Below the pieces are notes generated by a model that was not told where the DNA came from, made no database searches, and saw nothing but the letters and a program-made list of their open reading frames with translations. The position numbers and the translations under genes are program-made. DNA of 63,207 nucleotides, the filler included, from Saprolegnia diclina VS20 (Eukaryota), in NCBI RefSeq assembly GCF_000281045.1. It is 8 parts of 3 records of this genome, joined end to end, with 100 filler letters (N's around TTAATTAATTAA, not from the genome) between each part and the next. Parts side by side here need not be neighbours in the genome. Positions count along the whole stretch, not along the records: positions 1 to 9,841 come from NW_008246082.1; positions 9,942 to 20,864 come from NW_008246083.1; 6 more parts are not named here. One strand, written 5' to 3'. This document shows positions 1 to 10,427 of the stretch, piece by piece (the first letter of the stretch is position 1; each line of letters starts with the position of its first letter).

Positions 1-9
1 TAGAGCGGC

Positions 10-98
10 AAATGGTATACTATCGCGCGGCCCTGAAAATGGTATACTATCGCGCGATTTTGGGGCTAATCTGGAGCAAAACGGTAGACTATCGCGCG
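10..98 (+). repeat. Three subterminal direct repeats AAA(T/C)GGTA(T/G)ACTATCGCGCG, putative transposase-binding sites
   Basis: Copies visible at about 10-29, 37-56 and 79-98; two copies recur at about 5585-5631. Confidence 0.8.
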
Positions 99-417
99 GT
101 TTTGGAGCTTTCTCAATTGAGAGCACAATCAACTAAAAAACGAGTCGTTTGAGAATAATTGGTACAATAGTGGGATTCAAGATGGCCATCAAATCTTGAT
201 GGAATGACGAACGGGTCCAATCCAGCGATCTCATTGGCTAAAACTCCTGCAAAATTCAACAGCTCCATCAAGCTCCATCAACCATACATAGTTCGCCCGA
301 ACTGGCTACCTTCATCACTCAGAAGACCAAATGCTCCATCAACAAAAATGCTGATGGAACGTTTGATGGAAAAACGGGTCAAACGGGTGTCAGAGTCGCA
401 TGTCATCTTATTAGCGA

Positions 418-1105
418 TTAAATCTCCATAGTGAGCGGCGCAACCATACCGATTTCTTCTTGGGTAGCGCCTGCCTTCTTCAAGGCCTCACGGGCTTGGG
501 CCATCTTCTCAATGGCCGCAAACTTTGCGTGCACGAGCTTGGCATCCCCGACGAGAGTCGTCTCCATCGCTAGACGCGCTTTCTTCATGGCTACGCGCTC
601 AGTGTCCAGGTCGACGCTCTTTCCTCGGCGACTAAGCGACCCCTCTCGATGGCGGAAGGATCGCCAGTCAAGCTCGAGAGCGTGGCCATGACGTCCTTGC
701 TCTTGACGCGCTTCGTCGGAGGTCGAAACAAAGACCCTACGTGTGCCTTGGCTGGGAGCGCTTGGGTCGAAGACGAGCTCCCCGACGACTTGCGCATTCG
801 AAACGACAACGCCGCGTCCGACCTGTGCGTAACGACTCGAAGGAACAAGAGCGGAAAAGAGCGCCGTCAAGCTTTGCTCGACAGCATTTGCAACGAAGAA
901 CACACTATGTGCGTGTGTATGTATCATCGGTCATCAAAGTGGGGTTCAAGTTGATCTTTTTTGATGGAAATGCACTCGACGCCACCTTTTTTTCGGCACT
1001 TCTGATTGGACAAAAATCGGCGAATTGTTTTTCCATCAAGCCGTTCCATCAAGATTTGATGGTCATCTTGAATCCCACTAATATGGTGGGAACAGAAGAC
1101 GCATA
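418..1105 (-). pseudogene. Degenerate second (accessory) gene inside the MULE
   Basis: Protein-like segments in different frames (DDHQILMERLDGKTIRRFLSNQK; RPPTKRVKSKDVMATL; ERVAMKKARLAME...ALKKAGATQEEIGMVAPL*), with an apparent frameshift near 620. Confidence 0.4.
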
Positions 1106-2707
1106 AGAAGGTATAAACGTGTGCAATTGAGATGACATGGGTTATTTTGGTTGCGGGAGACTTCTCTGCGTCGCCGATCGTCGGACTGTGGACACGCAAG
1201 CGCGGCGAATCGACCTCGACGAAACTACGGGCGGAGTCCTCGATGAGTTCTGCGAGCTCTTGTACCTCAAACCATAGCTCTTCGGCGTCCTCGAAGCGAA
1301 CCATCCAGGAGTAAACCTCGCCCTTGCGTAAGCGGATGATCGTACCAAGCATGTAGTCCGACGTCTCGCGGCCGGTCTCGGTGTCGATGAACGAGAACTC
1401 CCGGTGGATGGTCCAGTTGTAGCAGTAACCTGGTTTGTCGACGAGGAGCGCGACCAAGTTGGCAACCGAGTAGAACGGGTTGAGGGTCCCGTCCGCAAAA
1501 GTTGAATGTTGCGGCTTGCGCTGGCCACCGGGGCGACGACGGGGAGCGACTTCGGCGAGTAGAGCCTGCATGTCGAGGTCGCACATGATGCTTTGGGCCG
1601 CGACCGAGTGCGAGCAAATCCAGCCCGTGGTGAACGAGCCCTTGCAGTCGCACTGGTACTTTTCGGCAACGAGATCGACCTACGATAATTTGTTGGTGTG
1701 TTTCTTCGACGCCAGAAGGTCGGGTTACCTGGGCCGGCGTCCAAATAACATGCGCATCGGCCCGCTCAACTTCAATGTCGGCGTTGATGCGGACGTGGTG
1801 CTTCGAGACAAAGTTGATCTCGAGCTCATCCACCGTCGTGATGCCGCCGAGGTCGCCGGCAATGCTTCGCATGTACCTAACCGAAACGTGAACTAGTATG
1901 CAATAGATCACATCAAGCAAATGATCGTACGTGTCGACCCCTTCACGCGTGACCCTGGTAGGGTTGCGGGCGCTTGGACCAAACTGGTACTTGCTGGCAT
2001 TCACCACGATTCACCGTAGAAGATGTCCGACTTGCCCTTGTACGTGCGGGTAGCGGCCCACTCGAGCAAAGCAGCGTAGGTGTTGACGCGGTAGCTCTCG
2101 GAAAGCGACTTTTTGAGCCAGGCCTGGTGGGCCTTGATCTGGTCTCGGCTCGGGAGGCTCGCGATGAACCTGGGACGGTCCTTGTACGTCTTGCGCAACT
2201 GCTCGAGCACTTTATTCGGGCCCAAGCCACCGCGCAGAAGAGCAGCGACGATTGGCTTCACAGCCTTGGGCATCCCAATGCGCCGCTTCGCTGCAGGGGC
2301 AGTGGCCAACATGGAGCGCGCGGCCGCCATTGCACCCGGGAGGGCCAGTTGACCACGCCGAGCAATCGATCGATTGGAGCTGGTCGCGCGAGGAGCGGGT
2401 GCTTGATCTCCTTGGTCTCGGTGGTGGACAACGTCACCGCCCATGTTGATCGCGACAAGCCCGTGGTTGTCCCGGCTCTCGACAACGAAGCCATCATCGG
2501 GGCTCTTGTCCTTGACGATGCGGACACGGTGAGGGCAGTTGAGGTGCGAGACGCAGATAAACATCGTGTGCGTGCCGCTCGAGTGCTTCCAGCGCAACTG
2601 GTAGCCGNNNNNNNNNNNNNNNNNNNNNNNNNNNNNNNNNNNNNNNNNNNNNNNNNNNNNNNNNNNNNNNNNNNNNNNNNNNNNNNNNNNNNNNNNNNNN
2701 NNNNNNN

Positions 2708-3944
2708 GGACGTCGGACGGCGATGAGCGTCCGGGAAGGAGCTTCTTGATCGCGACGGGCGTGCCACGGTACGTGCCAAGCCACACCTCACCGTACGCGC
2801 CTTTCAAAATACGTCACGTGCAGACTTGAGAGGACACGTGATCGAGTACCTTGCGAGAGCAGCTTGGTCCGTTCAACATCGGTTTCATCCAGGCGCCATT
2901 GAGCAAGCGCTGTCTCGGTCGCTGAGTCGCGTGCTGTCATGAGCTGCGTGTCGTCCCAGCCGGCGGTCTGCGTGTAGTACGTTTCGCCGGTGGCTTTGGG
3001 CACCTGGCGGCGTCGGTAGCGGCGGACGCCAAACAAAATCGCAACTGCAAGGACCTAGTCCATGGCAGCAGTTGGTGAGATCATTGTCCGGAACTGCTGA
3101 AGAATGTACCACGCCGCCAACAGCCAGCCCGACGATCAAGCCTACCGGCGTCGGTGTTGCCGCTTCGACGACAGTGATGGTGCGGTAGACGGCAAAGTCA
3201 AAGCGCTCGGACGCATTTGCACCTGGCAGCGCAATGTGGGCAAACACGATAAACTTGCCGGCGCGCGGAAACGTGAGCTCTGCATCAAAAAATGTGGATC
3301 CGGCCGGGATCGAAGCCGGTACCGTTTGTCGAATACGTGGCCGAGTAGTTGGCGCTAAAGTTGGCCAGCTTGTTGGGCGTGTGGTCGCGGACGTAGACGC
3401 CATTGTCGTACGCATCGCAAATGTTGTCGCCGTACTCGCACGAGTGGATGTTGGAGTGGTAAATCTCATAGACATCCCGCGACGCCGGGCTCTGCATGAC
3501 AGGAAATGGCACCTTCAAGCCTACGCGACCATGAACTTCATATTGACTGTCACAAAGGCGTACCAATGGTGTTGGCCAGAATCGTCTTGGGGTTGTACGA
3601 GACGGACCACGTCACCGGCAACCCTTCGCCGACGCTAGCCGCATGCAACACGTGAGATCACGTCGCTAGCCACAAGGCATCGTACGCGAGCGTCTCGGGC
3701 GCGCTGAAGCTCATCTCGAGGCCGCAGTTGAGCGCCTCGGCTGTCTCTTCCTTCATGGCGCTGCTGATGCTCGTGAGCTTGACCGATTCGCTCGTGCGCC
3801 AGCAGTAGATGTAGTGACCGTCAAAGTTGGGCACTAGACACATCGTCCATGAGCCTCGCGCCAGTAGCGTGTCTGAAGTGTACGCGAGCTAAGGCCATGG
3901 GCGGCGGCGGCGAGGCAGGCGGCGACGATAGCAACGGCTCGCAT
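2708..3944 (-). CDS. Receptor-like (TKL-type) protein kinase, 5' part; spliced, truncated by gap
   Basis: Signal peptide MRAVAIVAACLAAAAHG; ectodomain with YHSNIHSCEYGDNICDAYDNG; TM PVGLIVGLAVGGV; kinase subdomains I-II GAYGEVWLGTYRGTPVAIKKL. Confidence 0.8.
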
Positions 3945-4952
3945 GGTTGGCAGCAAAATTGGTGACTGATCCGCTGGGCAGAATTCGACTTGACCGATTG
4001 CTTTTCAGCCAATCACCGCCCGCTTGAATGCGTTACGAGATTGCATTGGGTGGCGCAAGCCAATCACGCGCGCGTTGCAGTTGATTTCCAAAAAGTGCAA
4101 TCTCAAGCTGCCACGTCGATACCACGGGCACCTTCACACGTCGCTCTTCACAATGCGAGCACTACACCGGGAGGATACTGTATGTGGTCACCATGCAGTT
4201 GGCTCTGTCAGAGCAAAGGGCGGAACGAAGGAGAATGATCGGCATTTCCTCTGTCAAGCGTGTAACGACCAAGTCGTTGAGTCTCTCCCTCTGAGCGTCC
4301 CGACTCTTCCAGGAGCGAAGCCAATCGAAGAATTTTGGCCAATTTTTAAACTCTTTCCCGATGTCAGGGATATTGTCTTAGCTATTGTCTTCTTGGTGGC
4401 GACGCTGGCATCGTGTCGGGGCACCAGTCAACTCGAAGCTTGCCCCGTTCTCTGCTTTTCAGCTGCTGCCAACCGCAAAATAGCAACCAACGAGACGGCC
4501 AACCGGGGACCTACTACAGTACCTGTACTACGTTAGTCGGTGTTCAGCAAACGAGCAAACGTCTTCATTTTCAATTGCTAATGGCGCTAGCAATCGATCG
4601 TACTGAGGCGTGTTCTGCCGACTAGTGGCATCCACCTACCTACTACAGTATTAGTCAACGACGACCGTCCAGTCGCTCCGACGTCATGTTGCGAACGTAT
4701 GATAGGTTCAGCACTGCACCGTATGCGACGCGCTTGCATACCGCAACAAATTTAGTCGAGAAGCTTCAGTTTAGTCATGTACCCCGCGTCAACCTTTCGC
4801 AGCCATGCAGGCGCCCCTGTAAACTTTGTTGAGGTAGAGCGATGGCACTACTGTGGTCTTCGCATGACGTACTATTGTCAAGATGATTGCATAACGTTAG
4901 TTATCGAGATGAATGCACATACTAGGCATCGAACTCGGCGCTTGTTGATCGT

Positions 4953-6172
4953 CTACGCAGGACAAGCGGCGCAGACGCGGTGGTAGTACGCGGAGCGATC
5001 GACGCCGGGTATCGCCGTGTTGTCTGGATCCCACGCCATCACATAACGTTCCCGTGTGCGCTGGGAAAACTTGGCCGCGAGCACGCGCGTCGCCGGCGTC
5101 ATGTAGCTCTTGGTGCAAAACCACTTGTCGCACGGGTTAAAAAGCGACCCGTTGCCGGCCGGCGCGGCTTCGAGGAATAGCCACCCGTCGTTTGGCGACC
5201 ACACTTCGACCCAGTTGTGGTTGCCATGGCTGGTGTTGCCGTGCCACCCCGGTGTGCCCACGAGCCGGCTGACAATGCCAGCGCTGCGGAGGGCACTCAA
5301 TAAGACGATGCTAACGCCCGTGCAGCTCGCATGCCCGTAGACGATGGCCGACATGACGACAGATCAGCGGCGTTTGCTGGCTGCGAAACGTGATCACGTG
5401 GCCGAGCGCGCCGTCCCAGAGACCAGTGTTGATGACGTTAACGGCCTCGGCCGTGCTGAAATCACGCCACGTCGAACTCGCCGATGCGAGGAGGCGGTGA
5501 ACGACTCGTGCGAAGAGCGGACGCCAATGGCTCCGGCCTTCGTTCGTCACGGCATGCGGCGGGTATGGGTTACTGTAGAGCGGCAAATGGTATACTATCG
5601 CGCGGCCCTGAAAATGGTATACTATCGCGCGATTTTGGGGCTAATCTGGAGCAANNNNNNNNNNNNNNNNNNNNNNNNNNNNNNNNNNNNNNNNNNNNNN
5701 NNNNNNNNNNNNNNNNNNNNNNNNNNNNNNNNNNNNNNNNNNNNNNNNNNNNNNGCCACGTCGAACTCGCCGATGCGAGGAGGCGGTGAACGACTCGTGC
5801 GAAGAGCGGACGCCAATGGCTCCGGCCTTCGTTCGTCACGGCATGCGGCAGCACGTACTCGAAGAAGAGACGACGCGGTACGAGTGCCGAGAAGTAGCTC
5901 TCGCCCTTGGTGTGCACCGAGAGGTTGGCGCCAAGTGCTGCCACGCCGTTGTGGTCGGATCCAAAGCCAAGCGTCGCCTTGTTGAGCCGATCGGACAGAC
6001 CCAAGTTGGACTCGAGAAAGGCCAGGCCCGCACTGTACACGTCAAGTATACGCTCGCACGTGACGCTGCGGTTGAAGGGATCGCCCGAGCCAAATGGTAT
6101 CTCATTCACGCCGCACGGCGCCTCGTAGGCGCGCACCGCGGCTAGGACGATGACGGCGATGGCACGCCACAT
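4953..6172 (-). CDS. Secreted transglutaminase-like protein; interrupted by a TE end and an assembly gap, with an apparent frameshift near 5358
   Basis: Signal peptide MWRAIAVIVLAAVRA; YVLPHAVTNEGRSHWRPLF; catalytic motifs GHASCTGVS, GNHNWVEVW, GWLFLEA. Confidence 0.75.
5561..5654 (+). mobile_element. Terminus of the MULE element at its insertion junction
   Basis: Gene sequence switches at GGCATGCGGC|GGGTATGGGTTACTG, whereas the post-gap copy continues GGCATGCGGC|AGCACG. 5576-5654 equals 1-79. Confidence 0.8.
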
Positions 6173-6552
6173 GCTGGCAACACTTGATTCGAATTTGGCC
6201 CGTATTTCGAAGTGCACTAAGATCTTGCCTTTGCGTAGTAGACATGTTCTCCACATCGAAAGGAAAGAAGATCAGACTAGTGGACGCTCTCTTCGTAACG
6301 CACAAAGGATATCGTGGTCTCGTATCCAGGCCATCTCCCTCAATCTCCAAGCCTGGCGATCCTCCATCGATCATCCGGATGATCGGCATCATGACCAGCA
6401 TTCCTGAGCCAATCGGCGTCGATCGTCCGGATAAGCTCGTTGGCAGTGCATTTGCGCAAAATTGGACCGGCCGACCACGCTCTGCCGACGGAGCGGATGA
6501 AGGTACGTGGCGCTCGGGGCGCGCGGAAGGCGACGGGAGCGAGTAGAAAGCA

Positions 6553-7718
6553 ATGCCAATCCCAGTGCCAATCAAGTGCCCCGGTGCACCTCGGCCGGAC
6601 GGCGTGCCGTGTAAAATGCTCCTCAACAAAGTGGGTCGTGCGGGACGGAAGCGCCACCCAGTGCTGGGCTGGCACTGCAACAAATGCTACAAGCAGCTTC
6701 TACACATTGGTGCGCTTGCTCTTGTGCACCATCTTCATCCACACCGCCTTGTAGATCGAATGACCACCACCGTGCGAAGCGAAGCAGAACGTACGTCTTT
6801 GCAGGATTCTGCGAGAAAGCTCAAGGCTGCGTAGGCAATGACACGCCGCTCGCCAACGTCGAGCTGCAACTTCCGATAGAACACATCGTCAACACACTCG
6901 ACGTTACCCACGCTCCAGCGAGCACCCAAAGTCCAGCAACTGTCCAGAGTCCAGCGCACGCTCTTGATCCAGCACGCACTCAGAGTCCAGCGACTGTCCA
7001 AGCGCCAGCGAGTCCTCCGGGTTCAGAGAGTGGTCCTAGTCCACGTAGTACACCGGGTCCTGTGAGCGCGCACGGCCCAGGATGTACCCCAGGTCCAACT
7101 GGCAATCCGAGTCCAGCTACAGGTCAAGTCTCCGTGGCAGCCCAAGGTCCAGCGAGTGCTCAGGGCTCTGTGAGTATTCCGAGTCCAGCGAGCACCCAAG
7201 GTCTGGCGAGTACCCCGCTTTCAACAAGCGTTCAGGGCCCAGCGGACGACCCGCTCAGCCGCACAGACGTTCGGGTGTCCATAGCGCCGCGCCCAGCCAT
7301 CCGGCAACTGGGGACGATGGGGTCGCTAACCGAGCTTGCCGAGGCAGCGCGGGCCCGTGCTCGTGCCGCTCATGCCTGGACCACCGCCGTCAATGACGCC
7401 GTCGCGAACTGTGCGCACCGAGAACGATCAGCAGCTCGCCCTAGTAGCGTCCCTGGCCGCCGCCCCGCGACCACGCATCATCGCGCAGAACCTTTGCGTG
7501 CGCACTTGCCGTCGCCGGCGATCGTCGCGTGGGTCCCGCCGCAAGGGCCGTATGCACCACCCGAGTCGTTTCTGGCCAACATGCGTGCGTTCGGGTGGCT
7601 GCCCGTGCAGCTGAGCACGTCGTTGACCGCGAGCGCCGTTGTCCCGCCTCCAAATTCGTTTTTACAAACGGAAGCGGGTCGACCCATCTCGAGAAGTACC
7701 CACCCCCACGCGCCCTAA
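6553..7718 (+). CDS. Hypothetical protein with N-terminal Cys cluster and Pro/Ser/Thr hexapeptide repeats; probably spliced
   Basis: KCPG...PCKM...WHCNKCYK at the N-terminus; two plausible short GT-AG introns lead into the 6684-7718 frame; PASTQS/PATVQS-like repeats. Confidence 0.5.
6912..7240 (+). repeat. Degenerate 18-bp coding tandem repeat (AGTCCAGCGAGCACCCAA-like)
   Basis: Recurring GTCCAGC with 18-nt periodicity, encoding six-residue units. Confidence 0.6.
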
Positions 7719-8735
7719 ATACACGGACGCTTCCACACTGCAATCGCGCCCCACAAGCTTGACGACTGCCAGAATCCATTTACAAGAAAAATTGTGTTGT
7801 GTTTGTGATCTCAAGGATTAATAGAGCAGAGGTATCACCGCAGCAGGCTGTGTATCTAGAGTCGAGGTTCTCGCATTCTTGGTGGGTCTTGGGCTGCTTA
7901 AGATCTCGGAATCCGAGAACATGCAAGACTAGAAGGACATACTTGTTGACATTTGGGTTGCCACAAGAAAATATCGCGATGAAGTCAGACAAACGGGCGA
8001 TCCCCTTGCGATAGTACTAAAAACAATGCAGTCGACCCTCGAAACGATCCCAAACTGCGAAGATCAACGACATATGTTTCACTTTGATCGACATTACGTT
8101 TCCATTCCCCAAGCTCCACCACAGATGTTCAACCACACCACAAAGAGATATTGGCAGGAATAAATGCACTCATGGAATCTACTATGCGCATCCAACCTGT
8201 GTCGAGGTACCATCAAATTTTGAGAATCTTGATCAGCCGAAAGAGCTCGTGAATCGAGCTAGTGTGCGTCAAGTCGGTGGTCCGTTGCTGTGTGGATCTA
8301 CCAGTATCACATGTACGCCATCTCCACACAAACAGCGCCTCGTGTGAGGTCATTGGGCGTGAAATGATTCGTTGTCCTTACTTGTTTTGGCGGGATTTCC
8401 GTTCAGCACGTCGAAAATTCAATCCCACGACACCATTTATACCGAAAACTTTGTTTTCTTCAATTCAGAGACGAAAAACTATACACTCATTATCTTCACA
8501 TGCATTGTACTAGTACTAGTATATCAACACCACGTCCAGCGTCCACAGCCTCCTACGAATATTGTCTTGTGCCGTCCCAATGCACCAAACGGCAACACCT
8601 CGGATGACACGGTTGCACGTATCTTGCATGTGATTGGCTCACATCCGGACAAGATACGCTGCACGACGCTGATTGGCCAAAAAGGCGAGCTGCCCGTTGT
8701 ATCTTGGTCGCAGTCCAAGAATTGCAACCTGCAGC

Positions 8736-9841
8736 ATGCGAACCTCGGTCCTTGCCGTCATGGCCGCCTGCCTCGCGGTCGCCGTCCATGGCCTCGGCTC
8801 GCGTACGACGAGCAATGCTCTCTGCTGCTTGCGCTGATGCTAGTGCGTAGTCCCGATCATGGATGGCCGCTACGTCTACTGCTGGCGCACGGGCCAGTCC
8901 GTGACACTGACCACGCTGAGCTCAGCCAAGAACGAAGCAACGGCCGAAGCGCTCAACTGCGGCCTGCAGATGACCTTTACCGCACCGGCAACCATCTCGT
9001 AGGTCTACATGTCAGGCCTCTTGCTCATGTACGGGCACGTAGGGTCGGCCAAGCCGTGCCCGTGACCTGGACGGTCTCGTACGACCCAAAAACGATCACG
9101 ACCAACAGCATTGGTACGCATCTCGACGCTTCGACATACGACTGAGGAGGCGAGGTAGGCCTCACGCTGCCATTCCCCGTCATGCAGAGCCCGGCGTCGC
9201 GTGACGTCTACCAGATTTACCACTCGAACATCCACTCGTGCGCGTACGCCGACAATGTCTGCAACGCGTACGACAATGGCGTCTACGTCCGCGACCACAC
9301 GTCCAACACGCTCGCCAACTTTAGCGCCAACTACTCGGCCACGTACTCGACAAACGGTACCGGCTTCGATCCTCGGCTCGCTTTGTCATCGTTCCCTAGA
9401 GCTCTCATTTCCGCGGGCTGGCTCGTTTATCATCTTTGCCCACATTGCACTTCCGGGCGACACAACGTCGGAACGATTCGACTTTGCCGTGTACCGCACG
9501 ATCACCGTGAGCGACGCTGTGACACCGACGCCGATCGGCTTGATCGTTGGCCTCTCTGTCGGTGGCGTGGTGCGTTCCCTCGACTAGTGCGTCACGGGCT
9601 CTCATGGAACGTCCAGGTGCTGCTCCTCGGGATCGCTTTTGTTGTCTATCGCTACCGACGGAACCGCGCCAGCAAGACGACAACAGCCAACACCAACTAC
9701 CGGACGCAGACGTCCGCAGGACTCGACGAGACGCAGACGTGGGCCCGCGATTCAGAGGCTGACGCGGCGCTTGCTCAATGGCGCCTCAACGAAGAAGACG
9801 TGGAGCGCTGCCAAATCTTGTCGAAAGGTACTCGGCCTCAG
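8736..9841 (+). CDS. Receptor-like kinase paralog, 5' part; truncated by gap
   Basis: Signal peptide MRTSVLAVMAACLAVAVHG; near-identical ectodomain (QSPASRDVYQIYHSNIHSC...STNGTGFDP); TM PIGLIVGLSVGGV; ALAQWRLNEEDVERCQILSKG just before the kinase domain. Confidence 0.75.
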
Positions 9842-9885
9842 NNNNNNNNNNNNNNNNNNNNNNNNNNNNNNNNNNNNNNNNNNNN

Positions 9886-9897
9886 TTAATTAATTAA
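9886..9897. other. Assembly linker TTAATTAATTAA between N runs (also at about 20909, 43400, 55019, 58727, 60083, 61365)
   Basis: Identical 12-mer with stops in all six frames, always flanked by Ns. Confidence 0.97.
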
Positions 9898-9941
9898 NNN
9901 NNNNNNNNNNNNNNNNNNNNNNNNNNNNNNNNNNNNNNNNN

Positions 9942-10328
9942 AGAATCGCCCGTGGGTACGACGGCTGAACTTCGAGCATCGTCGATGGTTCGTCGTAGTC
10001 CTTGAGCAGCGCGTTGGACGCATCAAACGCGTCGATAGAGCCATTCGAAGTCGTCCAAAGATGCACGCGGTAGAGATCCAAGAGGTACGTATGGGCGCCA
10101 TAGAGCTCAAACGACGGCCAGTAGAGGTCGTTGGCCATGTAGGGTGAGAGCAAATGCAGGTAGTAAAAGCTGCAAGCCATCGAGCCCCAGAGGCAAAGTA
10201 GACTGAGCAAGCACTTGCTCTGCCCACGCATGACTCAGTCCTCCAACCGAGTGCAAAGTCGTCTCAAGATGTAGCAAGAACGAAACTGGCATTTTGCAGT
10301 TACGACTGGCGCTAAGAGCTGGGATGGT
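9942..10328 (-). CDS. N-terminal fragment of an expanded Saprolegniales multi-TM protein family
   Basis: TM segment followed by YMANDLYWPSF...HTYLLDLY...YPRAI; runs into a gap. Start uncertain. Confidence 0.55.
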
Positions 10329-10427
10329 CACGCCGAGCTAAGGTCGAGGCACCACTGTCCAGCGGCTTGTTCGTCTCGCAACTGAGCCTCGTCCCAACTA
10401 TCAGACCAAGCGAGATGAGAGAGTCTA

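Larger units (their letters stand above)
1..2607 (-). mobile_element. Mutator-like (MULE) DNA transposon derivative, probably non-autonomous; truncated by gap
   Basis: FAR1/WRKY-like Zn motif (CVSHLNCPHRVRIV...NHG) and helical segment (GLGPNKVLEQL...LPSRDQIK) at 2001-2607. SWIM finger CDCKGSFTTGWICSH at 1608-1652, reached through a GT-AG intron at 1728-1680. No recognisable DDE core. Subterminal repeats at 10-98; bases 1-79 are identical to 5576-5654. Confidence 0.75.

Noticed and set aside
1..110. Short spaced repeats resembling a CRISPR array
   Set aside because: Only three copies, irregular short spacers, eukaryotic context, no cas genes; better explained as transposon subterminal repeats.
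2001..2807. Apparent kinase-transposase fusion ORF
   Set aside because: The two halves sit on different contigs joined across Ns.
5466..5849. 95-bp repeat as a target-site duplication
   Set aside because: Far too long for a MULE TSD; fits overlap of two haplotype contigs.
9886..9897. Recurring TTAATTAATTAA palindromes
   Set aside because: Artificial scaffold linkers between N runs; not biological.
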